Positions 43,962 to 58,449 of a stretch of 64,000 nucleotides of DNA are shown piece by piece. The first letter of the stretch is position 1; every line of letters begins with the position of its first letter. Both the position numbers and the translations under genes were made by a program. Source of the stretch: the human T2T-CHM13v2.0 reference genome, Homo sapiens. The notes beneath the pieces were generated by a model, which made no database searches, was not told where the DNA came from, and was given only the letters and a program-made list of their open reading frames with translations. The stretch lies in the NCBI RefSeq assembly GCF_009914755.1, contig NC_060947.1; one strand, 5' to 3'.

Positions 43962-46481
43962 TTAAGAGGAATTTTGGGGAGCACAGTTTGAAAACCACCT
44001 CTGTGGACCATGGGGAGTGACAAAAAATTTTAAAGCAGGAAGTGAATGACATGATGAGACCTGTGATGAGATAAGATTGTTAAGGAGGATGGACTGAAGA
44101 ATAAAAAAGCTTGAATAATGGAAAAACGGTTAGGAGGTTATTGTAACTTTGGAACCATCTGAAAGAAGCCCGACTTTAAGCAAAGACAACAGGGATAGAG
44201 AGAAGTGGATGGGTATGAAAGACATTTCTAAAGGTTGCATTAATAGAACCTGGTGGACTATTTATAATAAGGGTGTGGAGCGGGGAAGATTGCTGGGTGA
44301 GGAAGAAGGGGGAAAAGATGATTATATGGTTTCTTACTTAACATTAGAAGCAACCAACTAGTATATGGGAAATCTGTAGTCTAATTTCTAATAGCCACCT
44401 TATTTTCTTTGAGTTTTCATTAGCTCAGATAAAACCAACATGTTATCACTCACACCCAGAACTATTGTCCTTAATCTTTCTTCATCTAATACTTGACTTT
44501 GCTAGTAAAACCCTTTTTGTTGTCATTGTTTTATTGGCTACAACTGTATTTGTCTCTCATTAGCTGGGTAGTGGGTAGCAATTTTCTTTTTTTTACTAAG
44601 AGAGTCCCCAGCTTACTCACAGGATGTGTTCCAAAAGTACATTTTTAAGTTAATTATTTGGACCTCAGAGTACATTTTCCCATAGAAGTGGCATTATACA
44701 TAGTGATTAGGTTCCCAGGCCAGTCCACAAAAGCCAGTTTAGCCCATATATAACTGAAAGTGTGGATTTTTGCAATGGAAATTAGTTGTAAATGATACTG
44801 TTGCAATTAAAATGAAAACAATAGTTGCAAAAGAAATAGTCTGGGTTTTTGTTTCCCTCAAAGAGTAGGGCTTGATGAAAAGCAGGTTTAATCCTAGGAA
44901 GACAAAGAGAAATAGATGGGGATTTTTGTGTAAATTGGACACTGCAGCTTTTTAACTGTATTTTCTAACTAATGTTTTGGAGGTTTTAAAATAATAAAAG
45001 CAACTGTGTCCATTGTAGAAAATTTGAGAAATTAAAGAATACATTTCAAAAATTAAGTCACCAACAATCCTACCATCCAGAGAGAACCAGTATTCACAAA
45101 TTGGTGTGTTTCAGCCTTTTTCTTACCGCATGCATTTTTTAATCAGTTCACCAATAGTAATTATGGTGCATCGACATGATGAACTATTATGCAGCTCTTA
45201 AAATGATATTTATGAAGAATTTTTAAAACATCCAAAAATATTTATGACATAGTGTTGAGCAAAAGGCAACCTTGCATTTGATACCTTGTTTATGGATGAG
45301 GGAGTATAAGCAGATCAACACTAATCAACCAGGGCAGGAGTCTGCTGTTAGGCCACCAGTCAGAACCTCCTACTATCAGACCCACCCCCTAACAAAAACT
45401 ACAGCCAGACCTTTTTGTTGAAGTTCTGAGGAGGACATAAGGGTTCTTTGAAGTACTGTAGAGGTTCGTAGCACTGGCTCTTCATTACTTCAGATTTTCC
45501 TTCAAATTACAGGGCTTTCTTCTCCCTTGATGTACTATTTCACTAGCACTACTCAGGCTTAACAACTGTGATTAAGGTCATTTTTTTGGATTCATAAATG
45601 GAATGGAAAAAAGGCCAAGTATTTCCTTAGGTAATTATGCATAGATTGGAGAGAGATGAGAAGGACTCAGGTAGAGAAGATGTGTATGTACTTTCAAGGA
45701 AGAAAATTATGTGGAATAGAATATATTAAGCTAAGAATGGTGAAAGTAAAGTGAGAAAATGAGACATTATAGCATGAATACAGATCTACAGAGAGCGGAA
45801 ACGAGTCTGGGAAAGGAAGAAAGAGGTGTGCTTGTTTAGGTCTGGGCTTGGCTACAGAGCAGGAAAAAAAGGAAGAACAGTGACTTTGGGGAAGTTGTAG
45901 CCAGCTGAAATCAAAGTTTTAGGAGGAGGCAGCGAATGCAATTTGTAGCAACTGATTTTGTTTTAATAAAGGAATAAAGATGTTTGGGAGGACAGGTGCT
46001 TCAAGTACTAATCATCCAAGAAGAAAAGCAGTTTGAACTTAATTGACTATATCTGCTATGATTGTGCACTATTCGATTTTAGCCCAATCAGTGATTTTCT
46101 AAAAGCATCCCATCTCCTTTTAGTCAAAACTGGATTTGTCACTGACTTGTATGTTGGCATGGAGGTCCTAATAGCTGCCACCTGCATTTCCTGTTCATCA
46201 ATGAAGGTATTGAAAATTACAAAGGAATGAGAGTTGGGGGAAAGGAAGATGTTCATTTCGTAGGGGTGAGGGATGTATTTACATGTGGGTTTTTAAGTGT
46301 ACAGTACTAGAAGGAAAAGCCAAAAGTTTCCATGCATTCTAGAGAAGCATATGGCATTGTAATTCTCACACATTGCTATGCAAGACAATCTCCTATGGAA
46401 TTCTGTGGCTCTTACCTTTGGTGTACATACGACGCAGAGATTCTGAGTTATTATGTGTGAATTGGGCTCCAGGTTCTCAGC

Positions 46482-46878
46482 CAGGGATTCTCATTGTTGG
46501 TTGTAAATTGGAATCACCTGGAGAGCTTAAAAATATTGGCACCTAGGTTCTGTTCCCAGAGGTTTTTACTTAATTTTTCTGGGGGTGAGAACTGAGCATG
46601 GGGATTTTCTAACTCTCCCCAAGTGATTCTAATGTTCAGACAAGTCTGGGACTCTCTAGTTTAGCCCATTGCTTAATTACTTGGGTGGATTAAACTAGTT
46701 GTTCTTAAAGTGTTGTCCTGGAACCAGCAGCTTCAACATCAACAGGACACTTATTAGAATGCAAATTCTTGGGCCCCTGCCCATATTTACTGAAACTCTT
46801 GGGGTGGCTCAGAAACCTGTGTTTTAACAAACCCTCTGGATGATTCTGATGCATGCTATAAAGTTGACAGCCACTAGA
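46482..46878. mobile_element. Two adjacent MER5A/B elements
   Basis: ttggaatcacctggagagctt...aagtgattctaatg and gaatgcaaattcttgggccc...gatgattctgatgcatgc. Confidence 0.75.
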
Positions 46879-47139
46879 TTAAACGGTTGTTCCTGACCCT
46901 TTCTAAAGTACATCTGTGGGAGTTGCTAAAAACAAGAGATGTCTTCAAGAGCTGATGAAAACTGGCCTGCAAAAGGACTTTTACAGAAATACCTATAATA
47001 ATAATAATAGAAGCTAGAGTAGAGAAAGGGGAAAGGGGATGATAATTTGCTGCAAAACCTGGGCAAGTTCAGGGGGAACATGTCTTCATGAGTTAGGGAG
47101 TTTGTTGCATGGGCTAGTAATACCCTGGCAGTACCTGCA

Positions 47140-47420
47140 GGCAAACTCCTACTTATTCTTCAATACCCTTTTAAAATGTCAGCCTCCTCTGTGAAGCTTT
47201 CTCTGAGCTGTGGTGTAAACTACTTCATCCTTGTGTTTACTTAGTGCTTTCTAGTTTCCTCGATTAGCTCTTGGCCCACTGTACTGTAGCTCTCTATATA
47301 TGTCTGTCTCCCACTAAACTGCGTGATCCTTCAAAGCAAGAACACTGTCTTATTCATCCTTAGCTCTCCAGTGTCTAATAAACTATCTGGTACATACTAA
47401 ATGCTCTTGAATTGTTTGCT
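47140..47420 (+). mobile_element. L2 3' end
   Basis: tcctctgtgaagctttctctga...tgtctgtctcccactaaactg...gaacactgtcttattcatc. Confidence 0.75.
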
Positions 47421-47467
47421 TAGAGGGGGGATCAGTAATGGCCAGCTTTCTTGTATCAAGAACCTTC

Positions 47468-47738
47468 AGCTGGGCGCAGTGGCTCACACCTGTAATCCCA
47501 GCACTTTGGGAGACCGAGGTGGGTGGATCATTTAAGTTCGGGAGTTCAAGACCAGCCTGGCCAACATGCTGAAACCCCATCTCTACTAACATGGTGACGC
47601 GTGCCTGTAATCCCAGCTACTCTGGAGGCTGAGGCGGGAGAATCACTTGAACCCAGGAAGGCGGAGGTTGCAGTGAACTGAGATCGTGCCCCGCACTCCA
47701 GCCTGGGCAACAGAGCAAGATTCCGTCTCAAAAAAAAA
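47468..47738 (+). mobile_element. AluS with the central A-rich linker deleted
   Basis: ctctactaa|catggtg junction. TSD aaccttca. Confidence 0.94.
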
Positions 47739-48509
47739 ACCTTCAAAAGATGGGTTTACCTTTGTGAATTAATCGTAGTCCTGAGTTCAACTCTGACTAG
47801 AAGACTAGAGACATTGATTCTCTCAGGCCATCATGACTTGATATCTCTTAGTGGTGGCCTTATACCACAAAGCTCTCAGAGAAATATACAATTATTAGCA
47901 ACTTATTATTTTACCATGATAATTGGCAGGTGCCAAGACTACTATTGTCATTTTTTCCTCATATTTCCTCTCATTGTAGATGCACCTTCATGGGAAATCT
48001 AATTAAAATCAATAGGGATACAGCTGCCACAGGGTAAAAGTATTTGAGTTCTTGGGCCCCACAGCTTGCCTCTCTCATCCAGGCACTGGCATCTTCTGGT
48101 TCATTGTACTTCCCTAATTCTATAATGTACTCTCTTCATTCCACATCTATTCACAAACATTCTTCAAACAAGATAAGCACTTAGCAAATTACAATTACCT
48201 TTCCATTGCACTTTCCCAAGGTTATACTCAGGTCAAAATGAATGGATGTATGTGTATTCCCCAAGTCTTTAGAGAAACAGATTTACAGGCAATCCTTTGG
48301 TTTAATTTTCTAGATACTTAATCACATATTCGTTATATGTGGGTTTTTACTGGCTTAACTCTCAGAGGACAACCATATAACCTTATTTTTAAGTTTTTGG
48401 AGGTAGGACGACACTTCACTGTCACCTCAGTTACTGCCAATATTAATCATTTCTAAATGTTATAGAAACTTTGAAATATATGTGTCATTCTCTAAAGTGG
48501 AATTATTAA

Positions 48510-48761
<252 letters not shown>

Positions 48762-49269
48762 TAGGACAATTACAAAGAGAGGCATTATACTCAGCTTTTC
48801 CATCTCAATGTGTGACAGAGAGCTCTGTCAAGAGATGTCTAGAGTTAGGCTATTACCATTTTATTTTAGACCACAGGCACATAACTATAGGCACGCATCT
48901 AATACATGATTGATTGACGTGTTGCCTTTCTTCTGAGAAGTTGGCAGTGTAATCTGTAAATCTCTTTTGTTCTTCCTGGAGTCTTATTTTGCAAGGAAAA
49001 AAAAAAAAGCAATGTGACCCTCTGGTGTTGGTGTTTTGTTCTAAACTTTACTTGTGCCCCTGGATGTTGTATGCAGGTGCTCTTGGCCGGAGGTAATTCT
49101 CTACATAACTATGCAATTATTTCCATGGCATTTGCTACTCTAATGCTTTGCTGGTCAAAGCCCCTTTGCTTGTGATGCCAATTGGCAGGCACCTGCTTGC
49201 CTGGGTGAGTACCATCCAGTGGTGAGTGCCTCTGTAACCATTTGTCCTTTTCACGGCTCCCAGGGATTA

Positions 49270-49450
49270 GTATACATGATGAGAAATAATACTTACTATG
49301 TACCAAATTCTTTCAATAAATTATTTCATTTTTATAACAACTTTATAGGGTAGGCATTATTATCCCATTTTATAGATGTAAAAGTTGAGACTCACAGCTC
49401 TTGAAGGGCAGAGCTGGGATATGAGCCCTGAATTGTCTGACTTTCCACCA
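49270..49450 (-). mobile_element. MIR
   Basis: gggtaggcattattatcccattttatagatg...gcagagctgggatatgagccc..tgtctgac. Confidence 0.65.
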
Positions 49451-50424
49451 CACGTCACACACAAACCAATTTAGATAAAAATATGTCTGTATTTGATAAA
49501 GCAGTACGTGCCCAGGATTATACACATAGCTTCACTGCTGGGGAGTGTTTCTCAGGGACATGTATGAAGACATTTAACATCTAAGAACAATGACTGCTAT
49601 TTTTCTTTGTGATTTTGAACACATAAGCCAATTAAACAGAAGGTGCAACACTTGGTTATACAGCGCATTAACCACAGATTGTCTGTTCTAGCCTACTCCC
49701 TGAAAGAAAAACCTGTTCCTGTTGCTTCTGAACTCCTTCCAGAGACAGAGCTGCACCCAGGCAAAAACTATCCCACCCTAACTCAGATCATACCTGGAAT
49801 AAACCTATTTGGAGAAACTGAAGAGACTACATCTTTTCTTTTCTGCTACCTGCAAGCATTTCACAGGTTATCATAGGGCCCTAAAATGTCAAATCTGGAA
49901 TGGCCCTTTGTTAATCCTCTAATTAATCCAGCCTCAAATTACAGATGAAAAGACAACTTTTGAGTACATCACTTTTATATTTTTTCACCCCTCCCACCAC
50001 TCCACATACACATTCTGATACACATTCCTCTTATATCTTCTTGTAAGGATAATTGAAGGTGTAGGTTATCTTCAATTGGCTATCCAGATAAATGTGGCTA
50101 TCCAGCTAAATAGATCATTAAATCAATTATCTAGTTAATTCATTCCCCAACAATACTTTTATATGAACCAGTCAGATAACTGATACAAAATTGTATTTTG
50201 AGTCTAAATTGAATAGTTTATTGCGTCTTTTCATTTTATATATGTAAGCAATAGCCTGTGTTTCTCTTTGAGTCCATGCAACTCCATTCTCTGACTCTAG
50301 CCTATTATTGCCATTTTCAAGATTAGAAAGGGGAGAGATGCATGACATTCACCCCACTGGAAGGCTGGAGAAAAGACACAGGTCTTCAATATTTGTGTGT
50401 CTTTCTGTATGACCTAAGACAGTT

Positions 50425-51381
50425 CTGTCCATCAATTGATATTTATTGAGCAACTTCCATTTGTAAAGCATAAGTGCAGTGGGTGATACAAACCTATTAA
50501 AAGGCATGATTCCTCCATTTAAGAAGTTCACAACCTTCTTAGGTACATGAAAATATAATGCAAAGCTGTTTACAGACTCATTCAACCCAAAGAGCTGTTC
50601 AAATAGTAAATGATATGGTTGATTAGAGAAATACTTCTGTTAGCTAGGGGTGATCAGAAAATGTCTTCAAACAGGAAAGAGGTCTTCTGGGCCTTAAAGA
50701 AGTGATCAGGTTTAGTTAAGTTGAAGAAAATAAGGGAAGGGATTTCAAATGGAAGGAAGTGTTAGGGTATAACCAAAGACATATGGGCAAGGTCTACAGG
50801 AACAGAACCTAGAAAGTGTAGCTGAAATAAAGAGTTCAAGTAAAGAAGCTGCAGGGGATAATCCTATGGTGGGCCTTGAACACCAGGCTTAAGAGTTGGG
50901 GCTGTAGGCAGTGGGGAAACACTGAAGATGTCTGAGGGACAAGCATGATGACAACTTTGTTTATGAAGATTAATCTGGTAGTATGTGGTAAGAATTAGCA
51001 ACAGGAAAAAATGGAGACAGGGAGACCAAGGGGGAGTTATTATAATTTGGGATTAAGATGATTAGGATTGAATTAGAAAAAGCAAGAGATGGCCAGACGT
51101 GATTGCTATGATTGCTATGCCTGTAATCCCAACACTTTGTGAGGCCGAGGCAGGCGGATCACCTGAGGTCAGGTGTTTGAGACCAGCCTGGCCAACATGG
51201 TGAAATGCTGCCTCTACTAAAAATACAAAAATTAGCCAGGCATGGTGGCATGCGCCTGTGATCCTAGCTACTCAGGAGACTGAGGCAAGAGAATCACTTG
51301 AACCTGGGAGGCGGAAGTTGCAGTGAGCTGAGATTGTGCCACTGCACTCCAGCCTGGGCAACAGAGCAAGAGTCCATCTCA

Positions 51382-51437
<56 letters not shown>

Positions 51438-52220
51438 GCAAGAGATAAATGTAAGAGACGTTGAGAAGAGAGTACCCGGTAGCTTATTGCATTTAGAACA
51501 TAAAGAAGAGGAAGACAAAAGTGACTTCAGGCTATCAAGTCAATGGTAGCATTCAGCAAGAGGACAAGTGATGGAAGACAATATAATAGCTAACATTTCT
51601 TGACCCTATGTAACTTACAAGGGATTGCCACTTACCTCATTTAACCATTTTAATAAACAGAGATGAGGATTTAACCTAAGTGCTCTGACTCCAAAGCCCC
51701 TGTAGCTTACATTACACAAGATTGCCCTGCTTGTGAGACTGTAACATAACTTTTTAAATGTTGAATTTAAGGTGACAGAAGAAAATCCCGTAGGAAATAT
51801 CCAGCAGGAAAACTAGGACCAGAGTTCAGGAAAGAGATCAGGTCATACACTATGGATTTAGGAGTCATCTCCATAAAGCTGATGGTGGGTTGAAACCATG
51901 AAAGAGAATGACATCTGTAAGAAATTAAATTAAAAAAAGAAGATGATGACAGCCAAGTTCTTATGAGTGGGAGGTAGGAGGAGGAAGTGAAACCAGGGAA
52001 GAAAATGGAGCTGGAATATTCAGTGCACATGCGCATGGAAGAGACCCAATATGGTAGAATGTCACAGGCTTCTGAGGCAAAAAAAATAAATTAAAAAAAT
52101 TCAAAGAAGGAAGGGATATTCACTTTTATTAAGTACTGCAGAGGGGCCAAAAGAGAAATGGTAGAGGCACAGCCGTTGGGTTTAGCAGTTAGTAAGCCAT
52201 TGGTTTCAGGACAGAGTTCT
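50425..52220 (-). mobile_element. L2 fragments interrupted by an Alu
   Basis: atatttattgagcaact terminus; ggatttaggagtcatc...ttgaaaccatg body. Confidence 0.6.
51091..51435 (+). mobile_element. AluS with an (AAT)18 tail
   Basis: TSD AAGCAAGAGAT at 51080-51090 and 51436-51446. (AAT)n spans 51382-51435. Confidence 0.96.
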
Positions 52221-52497
52221 CTAGTGGTTAACTAAATATACTTTTTCCAAGCATGACAGCTTCTCTAGATAAATATATCAGTTTAGGAAAATCAGAGAGT
52301 CAGACTGTTGCAAACACAGTGAGGTTTTACAAGATCCCTCAGAGTTTCTCACTCTGCTAGTCAGCTTCCAGAGGATTTCATGACAATGAAGTACAAAAAC
52401 ATCTGAAGGACAAAAGCTGGCACCGTTTTTAATTAAATGATATTTAATTGGGTGTTCAAAATATATCTTAATTCAAAAGGGCTGCTTGAAAATGTAA

Positions 52498-52647
<150 letters not shown>

Positions 52648-53088
52648 GACTGCAAGCCTTACACCTCACCATCTCCCTCATGAGTAAGACTGAAATAAAA
52701 CTCTGCTGCAGGAAAGATGGAAGAAAAGACAGTCAAATGGGGTGGGGGTTCTTTACCTTTCAAATGAATAGAAACTTCTTATAAGCCTTTTTCCTACTCC
52801 CTCAGATTATGTAATTTATTTGTAAGCCTGAATCGCAGCCCAAACAGGGCAGCAATGTTGAAGTGACCATAAAGTGGTCACTTCCACCGTGAAGCGAAAG
52901 AGCCAGTAGTGAATCCCCTCATTTTGTGCATTCACTTTGAAGAAAAAGGTTTCTCAAAGATGCACACTCCCTCTTCATAGTGTTGTGTTTGTTTTTAAGT
53001 TAGAGAGTAGTCCCTCTTGCATTCAAACCTCCTTCAAAACTCCTTACCCAATGTGATGTTTTTCACTTGCATTGTCATTAGATGTCCA

Positions 53089-53204
53089 GAAAAAAAAAAG
53101 ATGTCAAAATGTTTTTCTAAAAAAAGAAAGCAAAAAAAGCAAGGCAAAAAAAAAAAAAAAACAAACAAAAACAAAAACAAAACAAAAACAAGCAAACAAA
53201 AAAT
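53089..53204 (+). repeat. A-rich low-complexity tract in the 3'UTR
   Basis: A runs and (AAAAC)n-like units. Confidence 0.9.
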
Positions 53205-53405
53205 ACCAGAGCAAGTACTGTGTGAACATGTGGAAGTCCATGCCCTAATAGAGTTGCAATTTTTTATTCTTCTTCTATAGTGGTGGCTTGGTTTGTGTAC
53301 CTATTTTTCTGCATTTGTATTGGAAAAGGTTTCTTTTAAGACATTTTCCAAAAGTGGAGAGGAATATGTGTGTTCAGGAAGGGCTTTCAAAAAACTGTAT
53401 ATCTA

Positions 53406-53411
53406 AATAAA
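53406..53411 (+). terminator. Candidate proximal polyadenylation signal AATAAA
   Basis: ctgtatatctaAATAAAgc, with a TGTA motif just upstream and tcctgtcacatttt downstream. Confidence 0.5.
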
Positions 53412-56185
53412 GCTCAAACGGTGAAATCCTGTCACATTTTCACAATGATGCTTAAAAGATAATTGAGTAAACCAGGTTGTTAATCTCCTTAATACCTGAA
53501 AGAGGACACACTGAAACTGAAACTGTGACATCCTGCTAGGTGAGTTCAGGTTCTGAACCTAGGAAATCCTCATAGGAGAAACCACATTTAAACAAAGATG
53601 GGACTTTCTCTGAGAGCCAAAACCAGATAAATGTAGAATACTGAAATCCTTGTTGGACATTAAGTAAACAAAGATAATGATACCTAAATTAATCCTCTCT
53701 TGTGCTTATGAAACATATGCACTGTAAAATAGGCATACCAGGAGGAAATAGATACATTAATCATCATTTACTTATGATACAAATTATTTATTTTGACAAT
53801 TTATAACGTTTAAAAAAGTTTTTTAAAGATCTAGAGAAAGGTGATATAGTAAACATTCAACTCTGTAAGAAATGGGAGGTCAGTGAAGGCTACATCCCAA
53901 TCAATATTTGGCTCTAAGTACCTCTTCCCATTTTTCCTATGTATCACCTATTTCTGTTTCGGAATATGGTGTGTTCATGCTTAGTTCTTTGGGCTTTTGA
54001 ATATCAAAAGCATATTCATAAATGTCTTGAAATTCTCTCCAGTGGAAAATAATTTTAACTTACAATCATATCCCAAGAAATGTCAGTCCGACAGAATTCC
54101 TTATATGACTTGGGGAAAATAACAAAATTTGACTACTATTTCACCATATATCTATTTATTAAAAAATTCAACAGTTGGCACTTCCTGAATCTTCTGAGAG
54201 TAGAAAAATATCTGCGGAGTGTCTGTGTAGAAAAGGATATGCCTCTCTTTTGAGTGTATTGACAATTTTGTAAATTACAGAAAGTTGTTTCTCTAAGCCT
54301 TTGAAAAACTAACAATTTGTGTTATAGAAGGCTTCTTAATTTGCAGTATAAAAGAATCTAAACAGAACTTATGTACATTCAGCCAGAAGGGGAAAGAGAT
54401 CAGTTACATAGGCCTCTCTCCTTCTTTGCCAAGGTACATCCATCCATCTAACCATCCATATATCCACATCTTAAAATGAAAGCACTTTCTTTAGAGTTTC
54501 AGCAAACTATATAGTGTACGTGTTTATGTTCAGGAGATGACCCCACTGGTGTATTTCCTATTTTCCCTATTGTTTTCTTTGACTGTAAAAGTTGGGAGAG
54601 GCTTGACCTCCTCCCCTTGAAAATGTCCACAGTGGGATAAAACAACAAATGTGAAAAGAAAATGAAACGGTAATATTAATTTGAAGCATACTATGTTATA
54701 CTTTGCAAAAACGAATCTGGGCCTGTAATTTTTAATGCCACACTGCTCTAATGAGAGAGAGAGGCCTTAATTTTGATTTCATTTAAAAATAAGTACTTTA
54801 AAAAATTTTTCACTCATAGTGCCGGGAAATTCAATGAAATCCTGGGATGCAAATAAAAATCAGTACATTAGTGACTGTGTCCTGCCAGTGGAGAGAGCCC
54901 AATACCTGGTTAGGAAGCCCTATTCATTAGTTAGCATCCCTTACATGTTGAGAAGGCCTTTTTTTTGTTGTTATTTTGGAGACCTTGGAGCAGTGACCCT
55001 TCAGATCACTGTAGGCAGAGAAATGGCTTCTCTCTTATGCTTTCAGTTCAGCATATTAACAATGAGGAGCCAGGTACTTCTTTACTACCACTTTGTACCA
55101 AGATTTGATAATAATATATCCCAGGAGGCATTACTTTTATAAATTTGTATTCATGTAAATTTTCAAATGAGAACAGCTTCTAAAGCCCCTTCCCTGTATT
55201 GGAGAGTTATGTATATTTCTAATAAGTATTAGAAAGAAGCTGTTTCTCATGCCACAGTGATGCTGAAGGATTCACATTTGGTACAATCGAGTAACTTGAA
55301 CGCCAGATTGTTAACAGTTTATTCTCTTTCCCTGGATTTTTAAGCTCATCTTGACACAGGTGAGTCTATCCAAATCTTTGATGTTGCTAGTGTGCCCTGA
55401 GATAACGAGGGCACATCTTTCAATGTTGATTCCAAAATGTCCTGAGTTAGGAATAGGGCAGTGGGAAAGTCAGGGAAGGGTGAGAAGCACAGTAGAGATT
55501 ATTTATTTAAAAAAGGAAAGAACGTTAATGTTGTTAGCAAGGATCCAGTGCGTTGTCATAATCCCATGAGGATTTTCAGATGACACAATCCCCTCAAATC
55601 AGTCACCATGTTGGGTAATGACTTCGTTCTTGCTGATCTCGTGTGTGTGTCATTGTAAATATTTGTGTGTCCATGTTCCATTTTGGCTACTGGATGGCCA
55701 AGCCATGTAAGAAGATTTAACTCAAGTATTTATTCTTTATGTTATTCAGATTTCTTTCAGGCTTGTGAACTGCACCCCAATGTTTGAGTTTAACCACCTG
55801 ATCCTTACATCTATCCCTCCCCGGTGAAGCACATTCCATTGCTAAAAGAAAAAGAAACACGAAATTGCTTCCTGTTGTCTGTATAACTGTTTTGATAGTT
55901 TGAGATATTTGTCTATAAATGATATTTCTCAGCTCAAAGATCGTGTAAATAATTATATTCCTTTGCTCAATGGGTTTATTTCTAATGAGGCTGCCAGTTC
56001 TGAGAGATTCTATAATATCACTTTTAAATAACATAAACAGGGATTACAACTATGTAAAAAGAAATGCATATGGACAAAGACTGGGAACACAGATAATTGA
56101 AATCAGTTGTGTTAGGGTGGTGGAATTATGTGAATTTTTTTTTCTTTTTAAAATTTTATTTGATATTGTTATAATATTGCTTTAC

Positions 56186-56195
56186 AATAAATAAA
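56186..56195 (+). terminator. Candidate intermediate polyadenylation signal (overlapping AATAAATAAA)
   Basis: Two overlapping hexamers after a U-rich stretch. The downstream element is weak. Confidence 0.4.
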
Positions 56196-57779
56196 CAGCA
56201 GAAAGGGAACTATAGACACATAGAAAAGATGCCAGAAGCAGATGCCTTCTGGCCAGAGCGCAGAGCATGCAGGGCAGAGATATTTGCTAGTTACAATTAT
56301 TCCATAGGCTTTATGCTTGCCTGGGTGCTGAGGTTGGCACACGCTCGGGTATGGCACACGCTTTCTTAGGAGACTATTATCTATAAGTTAAAGCTAGGGA
56401 GATGTCACTATTAGAACTCCAAACACACTCTTCTGCTTTAAAACAGGTTGTCTGCCCTCTGCTTTGGTATGGCATTCGGGTGTCTGTTTTGTGGTTGCTT
56501 TAGATTGGAGGGGTGACCATTTTATTAGCCCCCTTGATAACATCTGTTGCAGATATTGCCTTTCTGGAACGTTTTAACAGACTCTCAGGTTGAATTTTGG
56601 AGGACTAGAAGGATAAAATCCCCAGCTCCCACCATTTTCTTGTCCAACAGGATATTACTGTATATCATTCAGGTAGGATTCTTCTTTTAATAACCAATAG
56701 GGCAAGTCCCACTAATTTCAATAGAAGTTATGACTTGCAATTAAAAGCTGACTTTGAAATCATTAAACAAATATGTAGGACTGTCTCTGCCTGTTGGCAT
56801 TCAGTTATAGTTCTGTTAATTTTGGCTTGGGATGGTCTCCATGTGCTTTTTTCTGCCTATTTATAGGTTGTTTGCAGTAGTTGTGATTTTTAAAGAGCAA
56901 GGGAGACCATCTAACCAAAGGATAACTTCCTTCTAACTCACCAAAGAAATTTTAGGTGAGAACTTTAATAATGAGGTAGTCACCTCAGATATGCTGCTTA
57001 GTTTCACTAAAAGCAGACCCTATACCTAGAGAAGTCACTGGCTTTTTATTGGTCATTCTCAATACAGAAATACTTAGGGGAGTCTTAACCCTGCCATCCC
57101 CGGTTGAATCTCTTGGTCTTTATCTAAGCTACTTGCAGTTAATATTCAGTTAAGCAAAGGTATGGCCAGTAGTGCAAGTATCTCCCAGTCTCTGAGCTCT
57201 GAACAAGAGGACTGAAATTCAGCATTTGTAAACTGACAGTTTGATGGGCCTGGGATTTGAAGTGAACTCAGCACACAATTCTGAACGTGTATTTGCATGT
57301 GGACTGGGAAGGAAATAAATGGGAACTTGGAAATAATGGAATATTTCTCCTATGAAAGAATTTTTCGTAGAAGATTTGTTTTTGATATAATCTTTCTGTT
57401 GGTTAGCTTTTAGTGTTTTCATTCCTTTTCTGATCCACACTCCTTTAAGTGACCAAATGAATATAACCCAACATGCATTGGGAATGTGTTTAATATTAAA
57501 CAATGTCTAACTGAATCTGCAAATGCGGGAACTGAGATATCACCTCCATGTGCACACCTGTGTGTACGAGTATTCTATACAACTTGTAGCATTTACTGCC
57601 ACTTAATTGGGTTGAACTTGCAAGATAAACTTTTGGAAACTGCTTAGTGCCATCGGAGTCTCCTTTAGAAGCTGCCATCAGGCAAATGCTATCCCATAAT
57701 ACCAGCAGTAAGCCTGGCAACATGTTCAACAGATTTAGTACCCAAGAGGAAATCAACAGCGATAGTAGAGAATGAGTCA

Positions 57780-57965
57780 GATGTAGTGGGATAAATACTA
57801 GCCTAGGAAGAAGGAGCCCCGGAGTCTAATATGAGCTTTATTACTAAATTGCTATGTGACGCTAGGCAAGTCACTTAACCTCTCCATGGCTGTTTCCTCA
57901 TCTGTAAAATAAGTGTATTGGACTAGATGATCCTTAGGGTCTTTCCAAAAGTCTAACATTCTATG
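57780..57965 (+). mobile_element. MIR in the 3'UTR
   Basis: ctatgtgacgctaggcaagtcacttaacctctc...tttcctcatctgtaaaat...ttggactagatgatc. Confidence 0.8.
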
Positions 57966-58050
57966 GCATTATAGGTTGCCTTGCAAATTCAGCCTGCTAT
58001 AGTGATGGCAAATATCACGTTTAAGCCTGAGTCTCTTATGTTGCAGTTAA

Positions 58051-58449
<399 letters not shown>

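Noticed and set aside
49361-49420. Antisense-MIR acceptor (cccattttatag|ATG) as a cassette exon in the last intron
   Set aside because: No plausible donor found downstream; the MIR is internally deleted.
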